Positions 30,101-38,297 of a stretch of 64,000 nt of DNA are shown one piece after another. Positions within the stretch are counted from its first letter, which is position 1, and each line of letters begins with the position of its first letter. The stretch is from assembly GCA_965261585.1 (NCBI GenBank), contig CBDHDN010000078.1, positions 5,640 through 69,639 on the forward strand, read 5' to 3'. The DNA is from Alphaproteobacteria bacterium. GTDB taxonomy: Bacteria; Pseudomonadota; Alphaproteobacteria; UBA6615. Under the pieces are notes generated by a model. That model worked only from the letters and a program-made list of their open reading frames with translations, did no database searches and was not told the origin of the DNA. The position numbers were made by a program, and so were the translations under genes.

Positions 30101-30463
30101 CTACTCCCCCTTCCTCTTCTTTTCCTTCGCCTTGCTTGCCAACATCTGAACGAAATCGTCGGCCATTTCCTGGTATTCGGCCGACAGGCCAGCATAGTGG
30201 CGGTGGAGTTGGTTGGCGCTGACAGCAGAGCCCTCCATCTCCTTGGTGCGCCCAAGCAGATAGTCCGTCGTCACCCTCAGCGCGTCGGCGAGACGCTTCA
30301 GATTGTCGAAGGACGGCTTGCGCGTCCCAGTCTCGAAGTGGGAAACGGCCGAAGCTTGAAGGTGCGCACGCTCCGCAAGCTCGCCCTGGGTGAGCTCCCT
30401 GAACTCCCGCGCTGTGCGCAGCCGCTCCTTGAACATGTCCGTCGGTTTGGTTGACTTCTCCAT
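30101..30463 (-). CDS. XRE-family HTH transcriptional regulator (CapH-like position next to CBASS-like operon)
   Basis: 120 aa with the HTH_3 signature LRTAREFRELTQGELAERAHLQASAVSHFETGTRKPSFDNLKRLADAL. It is divergent from the nucleotidyltransferase operon. Confidence 0.8.
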   Translation of the reverse strand: MEKSTKPTDMFKERLRTAREFRELTQGELAERAHLQASAVSHFETGTRKPSFDNLKRLADALRVTTDYLLGRTKEMEGSAVSANQLHRHYAGLSAEYQEMADDFVQMLASKAKEKKRKGE

Positions 30464-30532
30464 TACGTTACCGTATATTGAAACTTGACGCCTTCGCCAT
30501 TCCCGCCGGGCGCATTCTTTTGGCTGGACCAA

Positions 30533-30546
30533 TGACGAATTCGTCA
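30533..30546. promoter_or_regulatory. perfect 14-bp palindrome TGACGAATTCGTCA in the divergent promoter region (candidate operator)
   Basis: Lies 42 nt upstream of the DUF2188-like ATG and 70 nt upstream of the XRE ATG. It is the only perfect palindrome seen in the 124-bp intergenic region. Confidence 0.4.
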
Positions 30547-30587
30547 CAGCATGCAATACATTTTGCGAAACCGCAAGGAGACTGGAC

Positions 30588-30821
30588 ATGAGCAAGGGAC
30601 CCACGACCCACCACGTCGTCCCGAACCCTGACGGGGGCTGGGACGTGAAGCGCGGCGGCGCAAGCCGCGCAAGCAGCCACCACGACACCAAGCAGGACGC
30701 CATCGCTCGCGGTCGGCAGATCAGCCGCAATCAGGGAACTGAGTTCCGCATCCACAACAAGGATGGACGGATCGCCGACAGTGACAGCCACGGCAACGAC
30801 CCGCACCCGCCCAAGGGCTAG
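30588..30821 (+). CDS. DUF2188-like small protein
   Basis: 77 aa (HHVVPNPDGGWDVKRGGASRASSHHDTKQDAIARGRQISRNQGTEFRIHNKDGRI). An AAGGAG RBS is present. It is the first gene of the operon. Confidence 0.6.
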   Translation: MSKGPTTHHVVPNPDGGWDVKRGGASRASSHHDTKQDAIARGRQISRNQGTEFRIHNKDGRIADSDSHGNDPHPPKG

Positions 30822-30840
30822 AAAAGGAGAGCGTCTGCGG

Positions 30841-32358
30841 ATGACGGTACAGAAACACACTGAAGAGCTTCTTGAAGACCTGGCGGCATCCCTACAGGTG
30901 CCGCCAAGTCGCTATGAAGCCGCGGAGCGCGCCTACAAGTCTGTGGGTGAGTGGTTGCACCGGGCAGCGTCGCGCGTCCGGCTGGCAAACCCCAACATTT
31001 ATGTTCAAGGGTCGTTCCGGCTCGGAACGGCCATTCGTTCCATGTCGGACATGGAAGACTACGACGTTGATCTGGTCTGTGAGCTATCGCTATCAAAGAC
31101 ACAACTGACGCAAGCTCGGTTGAAGGCGTTACTTGGAGACGAGCTTCGTTCCTATGCCGAAGCGCACGGCATGAAGGAGCCGGAAGAAAGCCGTCGTTGC
31201 TGGACGCAGGACTACGCGGATGGGGCGCAGTTTCATATAGACACCCTCCCCGCACTACCCGATGCGGCGGGCCAGCGCCTGATATTGGCGCAGCGTGGCT
31301 TCTCCGACGAATGGGCAGACAACGCCATAGCCATTACGGACAGGGACGATCCGAATTTCAGGCAGCTCACAGAAGACTGGCCGCACAGCAATCCCAAGGG
31401 CTACGCGAACTGGTTCCGCTCGAAAATGCGTGAGGTCTTCGATGCGCGTCGCCGGGCTCTGGCGCTGGAGGCCCGTGCAAGCGTCGAGGATATTCCCGAG
31501 CATCGGGTACGCACACCGCTTCAGAGCGCCATACAGATTCTCAAGCACCACCGCGATGTGATGTTCTCGGAGCGGGTCGACGATAAGCCGATCTCCATCA
31601 TCCTGACGACACTGGCTGCCCATGCCTATCAGCAAGAACCGACAATTTCGGGCGCGCTCTACAGCATCCTCGACCGAATGGACACGCATATCGACTACAG
31701 CACCGGTGTGGCCTGGATAGCCAATCCCACCGACCCGGCCGAGAACTTCGCCGATCGCTGGCAGGAATATCCGAAACGCGAGGAGGCCTTTCGAGAATGG
31801 CTGGATCGGGCTCGCGAGGACTTTGCCGCCGCGGCTCAATCACGGAATCGCGAGACGGCCACTGCCGCCTTGCAGCCTCGGCTTGGACGAAACCTTATGG
31901 AGGCCGCCGCTGCGCATCGCCGCGGCTCACCATTGGCGCAGATTGTCAATAGTGCACGTCTCCTGCTCAACCCCGCACACCGCAAGACACCCCCGTGGAT
32001 CCGAGTCGATCAGGGTGAAGTGCGTATTGAGAAAGCGACAATGCAGCGCAATGGCTTTCGGTCTGAGATATTCCGCAGTGACGGCGACCCGCTGCCAAAG
32101 CGTTGTAGCCTCGTATACCAGGCCGACACGGATATCCCGAGACCTTTCAAGGTGTACTGGCAGGTGGTGAACACCGGCCGGGAGGCGGAAGCAGCCAACG
32201 GTCTGCGCGGTGGCTTCGATGAGGGACTTGTGACCGCCGGGAAGCTCACCAAGAAAGAGACCACGCTCTACACCGGGAGGCACAGCATCGAGTGCTTCGT
32301 CGTCAAGGCCGGCTACTTGGCAGCCCGGAGCAGCCAGTTCATCGTTAATATTCAATAG
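30841..32358 (+). CDS. CD-NTase/SMODS-type nucleotidyltransferase with C-terminal AGS-C-like sensor extension
   Basis: Pol-beta NTase signature: GS in YVQGSFRLGT (31009-), DxD in DYDVDLV (31057-), and a third acidic residue in FHIDTLPALP (31231-). A roughly 130-aa beta-rich C-terminal domain follows. The start is set at MTVQKH, which has an AAAGGAGAG RBS. Confidence 0.7.
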   Translation: MTVQKHTEELLEDLAASLQVPPSRYEAAERAYKSVGEWLHRAASRVRLANPNIYVQGSFRLGTAIRSMSDMEDYDVDLVCELSLSKTQLTQARLKALLGDELRSYAEAHGMKEPEESRRCWTQDYADGAQFHIDTLPALPDAAGQRLILAQRGFSDEWADNAIAITDRDDPNFRQLTEDWPHSNPKGYANWFRSKMREVFDARRRALALEARASVEDIPEHRVRTPLQSAIQILKHHRDVMFSERVDDKPISIILTTLAAHAYQQEPTISGALYSILDRMDTHIDYSTGVAWIANPTDPAENFADRWQEYPKREEAFREWLDRAREDFAAAAQSRNRETATAALQPRLGRNLMEAAAAHRRGSPLAQIVNSARLLLNPAHRKTPPWIRVDQGEVRIEKATMQRNGFRSEIFRSDGDPLPKRCSLVYQADTDIPRPFKVYWQVVNTGREAEAANGLRGGFDEGLVTAGKLTKKETTLYTGRHSIECFVVKAGYLAARSSQFIVNIQ

Positions 32359-32372
32359 GACCGCATACCATT

Positions 32373-32729
32373 ATGACCCTGCTCCAGCACTTCATCAGGT
32401 CGTTGATCGATTGGGTGTTCAGACGGCGCTCTCCCGCGCTGTTGATTATGCAAATCGGCCTTGCCTGTCTGGCGCTTGCATTTGGTGCCGGCTGGGCATT
32501 GGACGTCTCATTCCCGTTTCAGGGGGGCCATATCGATGTTGGCCTTGACAGTGCAGGCGGCACACCGATCGTGCTGGTCTGGACAGCGGCAACCATCGGG
32601 CTGGGCCGGATTGGCGCGGGATTTGTCTGGAGATTATTCGCTACAGTGCGGAGCAACGCCGCCTCGCTCGGAAAAGGATTATCGTCGTTGAGGCTCGGGG
32701 ATTGCGCGATACCGGCGGTGCGCCCTTGA
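32373..32729 (+). CDS. 2-TM membrane ORF (possibly the N-terminal part of a 2TM-SAVED effector)
   Basis: Two hydrophobic helices (ALLIMQIGLACLALAFGAGWAL; TPIVLVWTAATIGLGRIGAGFVW). The 3' end overlaps the SAVED-like frame, which is itself open from 32549. Confidence 0.5.
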   Translation: MTLLQHFIRSLIDWVFRRRSPALLIMQIGLACLALAFGAGWALDVSFPFQGGHIDVGLDSAGGTPIVLVWTAATIGLGRIGAGFVWRLFATVRSNAASLGKGLSSLRLGDCAIPAVRP

Positions 32730-33463
32730 TCGAATCCCTTCCCTCAAGGTTCCAAGGACAACGAGATCAAGTCCTTGTTGATTTGCGCCAGCGGGTCAAG
32801 GATGGCGAGATCGTCGCGCCGGAAGCGGCGCTTGAGGATCTGATCTCGCTGCCCGCCGACTTGAAGCGGAGAGAGAATGGCTATGATCGCCGCGACCTCA
32901 CGCTCGTCTACGGCGGACTGATGCCGGTGCCGTTTACGTTTCTGACCGGCGTGCTGATCGATGACGAAGGGACGGCCTTTATCCTGGACTGGGATCGACA
33001 CGCCGAAGCTTGGCGTGAACTCAACGGCGTGGATGACGGCAAGCGCTTTCGGGCAGCCGGCCTAGACGATGTACCGGTTGGCACAAAGGAAGTCGCGTTG
33101 GCGGTATCAGTATCCTACGGCGTGAACGCCGATGATATTCGGGCTCAGGTTCGTAACATGCCAGTTGTCAAGCTTTTCCTCGAGGACGGCTCACCGGACT
33201 GCCACTGGTCGGAGCAAAAGCAGCGTGCTCTTGGCAGACAATTTCTTGAAATGGCAACTGCCCTTGGCAATCGCGGCGTGCGCCGTATCCACCTGTTCCT
33301 TGCGGCCCAGAACAGCATCGCTTTTCGCTTCGGCAGGCTTTATGACAAGCGCAACCTGCCTGAGGTCGCCGTCTATCAGTATCAGAGGAACACTTTTCCA
33401 CCCTATCCGTGGAGTGTCCTGATGCCCGTATGCGGAATTGATCGGCCTACGACCATTTTGTGA
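32702..33463 (+). CDS. SAVED-like domain protein (candidate CBASS effector sensor module)
   Basis: The C-terminal block RIHLFLAAQNSIAFRFGRLYDKRNLPEVAVYQYQR and the upstream LVYGGLMPVPFTFLTGVL are typical of SAVED/CARF-like repeats. Only a TTG start is available, and the upstream in-frame sequence (..KRIIVVEARGL) looks coding. Confidence 0.6.
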   Translation: MRDTGGAPLIESLPSRFQGQRDQVLVDLRQRVKDGEIVAPEAALEDLISLPADLKRRENGYDRRDLTLVYGGLMPVPFTFLTGVLIDDEGTAFILDWDRHAEAWRELNGVDDGKRFRAAGLDDVPVGTKEVALAVSVSYGVNADDIRAQVRNMPVVKLFLEDGSPDCHWSEQKQRALGRQFLEMATALGNRGVRRIHLFLAAQNSIAFRFGRLYDKRNLPEVAVYQYQRNTFPPYPWSVLMPVCGIDRPTTIL

Positions 33464-33805
33464 ATTTCTGCCGATCTACATAAAATTCCGCACGATTTCG
33501 GCAGAAGACAACGAGAATGAGATTCCCTTTTCCAACCGGATTCCTTGCTACTTCAGATCAACAAACGCACTTAGTTTCCGCAATCTACGGCGCCATTGGA
33601 TGCACGAGTCACTTATGTTTCTCTTGATTTGCCATCTTGCAAATAGCGGTGTCGGGAAACGCCCGTCAACCCATTGTGCCTGCTTGGTTTTCCCCGCCAT
33701 TGCGCCCGGACATCCAGGATCGCCGTCATCGCACCGAAACCGCCCGGATTCAACATCCCGGGCGTCCCTGGCCCCGCTTGTCCCCGATCCTTGACCAGCT
33801 CCGCG

Positions 33806-34099
33806 TCACGACCCATTCCCGTCATTCACGGCATCCTTGAGCGGCTTGCCCGGCTTGAATGCCGGCGCCGTCGACGCCTGTATCTCCAGGCTCTCGCCTG
33901 TCCCCGGATCTCGCCCGGTACGGGCGGGCGGGCTCTTCGTCGTGAACGTCCCGAATCCGCCGATCCTCACCTCCTCGCCATTTGCCAGGGCCTCGCCCAC
34001 CGCCTCGAACACAGCGTCCACCGCGTTCCCGCCCGCTGAGACCGGCTCAGGCCTATCCGGTCTGCCACAGGACCGCCGATGTCCCGGCCCCGCTGCCAC
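33806..34099 (-). pseudogene. HU/IHF-family DNA-binding protein with disrupted N-terminus
   Basis: The C-terminal two-thirds is canonical (AVDAVFEAVGEALANGEEVRIGGFGTFTTK..GRDPGTGESLEI..PAFKPGKPLKDAV). The N-terminal helix 1 (..VADRIGLSRSQ) lies in another frame. Confidence 0.6.
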
Positions 34100-34146
34100 G
34101 ATCTCTGTCCGACAGTCCTCGCGGGGCGCAAACCCCCATCAACGCG

Positions 34147-34724
34147 TCAGTCGAACTCCAGAAGCAGCCTTTGCGCGATCTCCGCGACGGTGTCGAAGTC
34201 AGTCATCATCTGAAACTGAAAGAAATCCTTCTTCGCGTTTTCGCCGAACGCATGCTCGACGATCGGGAAGAACGAAACCAGCGCACTCCGTTCGCAAGTC
34301 AGCCGGTCGGCCGCGCCATGATCCCCGCAGTTTTCCGCGTCCTTGATCCGCTCGCCCATCTCCCCGTATTCCCGCAATGTCTCTTCCAGAACGGCATGTC
34401 CCGATACATAGAGCGGAACATGATGTTCGAGCGCGTGCCGAAAACGCGCGAGATAGTCGAACCACGGATCGAGCTCGTTCAGGTAGCCGGCGAATTCCGG
34501 CGACAGGGACTCGACGACGGCCCCCCCCCCGGCCCGAAACCCACCCGGGATCCATCAAGCGGCCCGCCGTCTTCTCCCGTCAGTCCCTTCTCCCGGACCC
34601 AGATATGAGCAAGGTTGTCGATGCAGCCCTGCACATTCAGCACGAAGGCCTGGAGACAGACCGTCGCATCGAGAATGGCTGACGGATCCGGGGCCCAGGA
34701 GATGCGGGGCGGAAACGCCTCCAT
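34147..34724 (-). pseudogene. hypothetical protein (possible HEPN-like R-x4-H motif) frameshifted at a 10-nt homopolymer
   Basis: The N-terminal frame (MEAFPPRISW...EDGGPLDGSRVGFGPGGG) and the C-terminal frame (AVVESLSPEFAGYLNELDPWFDYLARFRHALEHHVPLYV...LLLEFD) meet at the C10/G10 run 34521-34530. A run of 11 (or 8) would restore a single 193-codon ORF. Confidence 0.5.
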
Positions 34725-35029
34725 GGAACTCTCGATGCAATGCTGCAGATCTCAAGGCCCATCCACAATTTGGCGGGCGGCTGATCAATGCGATGGGCAT
34801 GCGGGCCGAAGAAAGCGCCGCACGAGCCAGGAAGCTCCGCTGGCGCCGCAACGACCGCATGAGCGTCGCCAGCCGCGACGTCTTCGACTGGCTGCCGATC
34901 TTCGATCTCTCGACCCGGGATGTGTTCCGAGTCATCCGTGACGCCGGCCAGTCGCCGCACTGGGCCTATGCCGCCGGAATGTCGAGGCTGTCCTGCGTCT
35001 TCTGCATCATGGCCTCGCGTGCCGATCTG

Positions 35030-36948
35030 GTGCGCCAGGCGAACTGACAGAAGGTAGGGGGTGCAAGTCCCCCGGAACGAAGGAGTAACCGAACCACGTT
35101 TCTCCGCGAGCCGTGCGTTGGCTCCCGTGAGGGGGCAGGCGAAGCGTCGGTAGCGGCATGGATGGGCAGGGCTATTGAGCACCGTAAAAGCGATGGTCCG
35201 GGGTGCCGAGGCTTTCAGATCGGTCGAAGGCAATATTGCAGGCGTCGTTTTGGTGAGATGTCGGCGAGCCCCGCGGTGTCAGAGAACCCATGCACGTTCG
35301 CACGCCTTCTGTTGGGACCCTGGGAGGTCTTCAAACTGCCCCGGTTGTCGTAAAGGGGCCGCGTAGGGAATGGAGAAAACCGAAGCCTATGATGAACGGT
35401 TTGAAGAAGTCGGATGAGGCCGTACGACCTGTGAGGGCGGCGAACAAGGGAGCGCGAGCTTCTGCGGAGTCGCCGGAGGAAAGGGCCTCAACCAAGGGGA
35501 ATCCGGATTGCCAAAGCACGCGCCGAACCCAGTGTCGGGTGAGCGTGCCACAGGCGGCGGCCCGGATACGGAAAGCTGCAGAGAGAAACCCGAAGGAACG
35601 TCTCACTGCGCTCTTCCACCACATTACGCCGGACGCGCTCGGTGCGGCCTACTTCGCATTGAAGAAGGACGCAGCAGCCGGTGTCGACGGCGTTACGTGG
35701 GACATGTACGGCGAGGGTCTGGATGAGCGCCTGCTCGACCTGCACCGGCGCCTGCACAGAGGGGGAGCGTACCGGGCGCCACCGGTTCGGCGGGTAGAGG
35801 TACCCAAGCCGGACGGGGGGACACGACCGCTCGGGATCGCGGCGCTGGAGGACAAGGTCGTCCAGAAGGCGGTTGTGGATGTGATCCTGACACCGATCTA
35901 CGAGGTGGTGTTTCTTGGCTTCAGCTACGGGTTCCGACCGGGGCGGGGGGCGCACGATGCGCTCGATGCCCTGGCCTTCGGGATAGAACGGCGCAAGGTC
36001 AGCTGGATAGTCGATGCAGACCTCCGGGCGTACTTCGACACGATCCCGCGGGATTGGTTGATCACGTTCCTAGAGCACCGCATCGGAGACAGGCGGGTCA
36101 TCCGTCTGATCCGGAAATGGCTGAACGCCGGCGTCATAGAGAGTGGGTCATGGGCAGATACGGGTATGGGCACGCCGCAGGGGGCAATAGTCTCCCCCGT
36201 CTTGGCGAACGTGTTCCTGCATTACGTGCTCGACGTGTGGTTCCACAAGAAATGGCGCCCGAACGTCCCGGATGGCGAAGCGATCATCGTCCGTTACGCT
36301 GACGATATCGTTGTCGGGTTCCAACACAAGCGGGATGCGGAGCGGTACCTCCGCGACGTTCGGGAGAGGCTGGCCCGGTTCGGTCTCAGCCTCCACCAGG
36401 ACAAGACCCGCCTCGTGGAGTTTGGCCGGTTCGCGGATTTGAACCGGCGCCAGCGCGGGGTGGGCAAGCCGGAGACTTTCGACTTTCTGGGCCTCACGCA
36501 CTATTGCACGACGACCCTGAGAGGACGCTTTCGGCTTGGTCGCAAACCGGTTGCCAAACGGGTCAACAGGACCCTGGCGCGCATCGACGAGGTGCTTCGC
36601 AAGCGCTGGCACCACGACATCTGGGAAGTTGGTAGGTGGCTGGGGCGAGTCTGCAATGGCTGGCTCAACTACTTTGCCGTCCCAGGGTCAGGCCGGTTCA
36701 TCCGTGCGTTCCTCCGCAGGCTGCAACGCCGGTGGATGCGGGCGCTACGCCGCCGGTCCCAGCGAGCCCGATTTAGTTGGAAGCGATTGGAGCGCATGAC
36801 CGAAATCCTGTGGCCACGCGCCTCCATCCGCCACCCATGGCCGGACCAGCGGTTCGCCGTCAAGCACCCGAGGTAGGAGCCGGATGGTTCAACGACCACG
36901 TCCGGATCTGCGCGGGGGGTGCGCAGCAATGCGCATTCCTACCGTAAC
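35030..36948 (+). mobile_element. group II intron, copy 3 (1919 bp)
   Basis: Same ends and length as copies 1 and 2. It is inserted between GATCTG and TATACG. Confidence 0.85.
35290..36876 (+). CDS. group II intron reverse transcriptase/maturase
   Basis: The protein is identical to the copy 2 ORF. Confidence 0.9.
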   Translation: MHVRTPSVGTLGGLQTAPVVVKGPRREWRKPKPMMNGLKKSDEAVRPVRAANKGARASAESPEERASTKGNPDCQSTRRTQCRVSVPQAAARIRKAAERNPKERLTALFHHITPDALGAAYFALKKDAAAGVDGVTWDMYGEGLDERLLDLHRRLHRGGAYRAPPVRRVEVPKPDGGTRPLGIAALEDKVVQKAVVDVILTPIYEVVFLGFSYGFRPGRGAHDALDALAFGIERRKVSWIVDADLRAYFDTIPRDWLITFLEHRIGDRRVIRLIRKWLNAGVIESGSWADTGMGTPQGAIVSPVLANVFLHYVLDVWFHKKWRPNVPDGEAIIVRYADDIVVGFQHKRDAERYLRDVRERLARFGLSLHQDKTRLVEFGRFADLNRRQRGVGKPETFDFLGLTHYCTTTLRGRFRLGRKPVAKRVNRTLARIDEVLRKRWHHDIWEVGRWLGRVCNGWLNYFAVPGSGRFIRAFLRRLQRRWMRALRRRSQRARFSWKRLERMTEILWPRASIRHPWPDQRFAVKHPR

Positions 36949-37128
36949 TATACGGCCGCGCAATTGCAGCCGGCGCTTTATCGCCAATACGCCAACCTCA
37001 AAGAGCGCATCGGCCACACGCTGTCGCCGTCGGCCATACCTTTGACCCGACTCACCGGCGTCCCTCTGTAGCCAGCCGCCGTGGCGGCCCTGGGCAACGT
37101 GGCCGGCCCGCTCCGATCGCGACGCCGG

Positions 37129-37347
37129 TCAGCCGGGCCTTCCCTTCGAAATCAGGATATCGCGGAGGTGGTCGACGATCGCCATGGTCGCCGCCACTTC
37201 CGCTTCCTGCGGCAGGTCCCCCTCGATCTCGCCTTCGGCGCGTCTGACCGTCGCCTCGAGCCTGTCCAGCATGTCGCGGATCTCCTCGATCGAGAACACG
37301 CCTTTCTCGATCAGCCCGTCGATCACGGCGACCATCACATTGCCCAT
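37129..37347 (-). CDS. small hypothetical protein (72 aa)
   Basis: MGNVMVAVIDGLIEKGVFSIEEIRDMLDRLEATVRRAEGEIEGDL... has a GAGGGG-like RBS. It abuts the breakpoint of the RecD2-like fragment. Confidence 0.3.
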   Translation of the reverse strand: MGNVMVAVIDGLIEKGVFSIEEIRDMLDRLEATVRRAEGEIEGDLPQEAEVAATMAIVDHLRDILISKGRPG

Positions 37348-37389
37348 CCCCTCACGGGGGCGTGGATTGAAACAACAGATGCAAGCCGG

Positions 37390-37853
37390 GCAGGCTCGGC
37401 CCAGGCATCGGTGATCCGCTTCGCCCGCACCTTCCCGATGCCGGTCACCTCGCGCAGCCGTTCCGGCGCGGCCTCGATCACGTCGAACACCTTCTCGCCG
37501 AACGCCCGGACCAGCTTGCGGGCATAGACCGGGCCGATGCCCCGGATCATGCCGGAGCCGAGATACTTCTCGATGCCCTCGACCGAGGACGGCTCGGAGG
37601 TGCGCATGAAGCGCGCCTTGAACTGCTGACCGTGGGTGCGGTCGTTGACCCACTCGCCCGAGGCGGTGATCCACTCCCCCGGTCCCACCATGGCGGCATG
37701 GCCGACCACGGTCACCGGGTCGCGATGCCCCCGCGCCTTCGTCCTCAGGACGCAGAAGCCGTTCTCCAGGTTGTGGAAGGTGACGCGCTCGACCAGACCG
37801 GCCAGGACCTCCCGGTCCGAGGACTCTGGATGCTGGCCGGCGCCGGGTTTCAC
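37390..37853 (-). pseudogene. N-terminal fragment of a RecD2-like SF1B helicase
   Basis: LAGLVERVTFHNLENGFCVLRTKARGH...GEWVNDRTHGQQFKA...IKGIGPVYARKLV...GIGKVRAKRI matches the RecD2 N-terminal OB/HhH modules. Similarity ends after about 155 codons and no ATPase core is present. Confidence 0.65.
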
Positions 37854-38236
37854 GACGTGCCGAGCGCCGGAGCAGTCAGCAGTTCCTTCACCAGGTCGAA
37901 CTGCCGCGCGCGCGCCGCTGCGGCCCTTTCACCGGCAATGGACACGCCCTCGTCGTCCGCGGCAGCCTCTTCCAGCTCGCGCCGCCAGCGTTCGGCGCGC
38001 GGGAGATGTGTCGCCATTTCCTCGGGCGTGAACATGCCGCGCACCCTGGAAACGAATTGTGGCAGCGCCTGTGCGAACCCAGCGTGTTCCGCGGCGGCCT
38101 CGGCGAAATTGAGGAGCCTCTCGCCAACCACGTAATCGAAGGCCGACTTGACGCCGTACCGGAGACGGATCGTCTCCGCCGCTTCGCATTGCTCCATCCA
38201 GATTTCATGCCAGCGGCGTTCGATCGTCTGTTCCAT
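37850..38236 (-). CDS. hypothetical protein
   Basis: 128 aa from MEQTIERRWHEIW. The stop overlaps the start of the RecD2-like fragment. No recognisable domain. Confidence 0.35.
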   Translation of the reverse strand: MEQTIERRWHEIWMEQCEAAETIRLRYGVKSAFDYVVGERLLNFAEAAAEHAGFAQALPQFVSRVRGMFTPEEMATHLPRAERWRRELEEAAADDEGVSIAGERAAAARARQFDLVKELLTAPALGTS

Positions 38237-38297
38237 TCCGGACCTCCTTTCCCTGCAACGTCCTTCTACCGCACCCAGCTGCCGGCAAGGGGCCGGA

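Larger units (their letters stand above)
34748..37071 (+). pseudogene. 5'-truncated PAPS-reductase-family gene carrying sense-strand group II intron copy 3
   Basis: Exon 1 (about 34748-35029) reads ..DLKAHPQFGGRLINAMGMRAEESAARARKL...CIMASRADL. Exon 2 (36949-37071) reads YTAAQLQPALYRQYANLKERIGH..*. The junction is in frame. The N-terminal ATP-PPase half is missing. Confidence 0.65.

Noticed and set aside
30572-30585. Small hairpin TTGCG-aaac-CGCAA adjacent to the RBS of the DUF2188-like gene, considered as a translational control element.
   Set aside because: The stem is only 5 bp, so the element is too weak to call.
33466-33506. 9-bp inverted repeat (TTCTGCCGA...TCGGCAGAA) just after the SAVED-like stop, considered as a terminator.
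   Set aside because: The loop is 23 nt and there is no U-tract, so it is not convincing as an intrinsic terminator. It could be an island-end remnant, but that cannot be shown.
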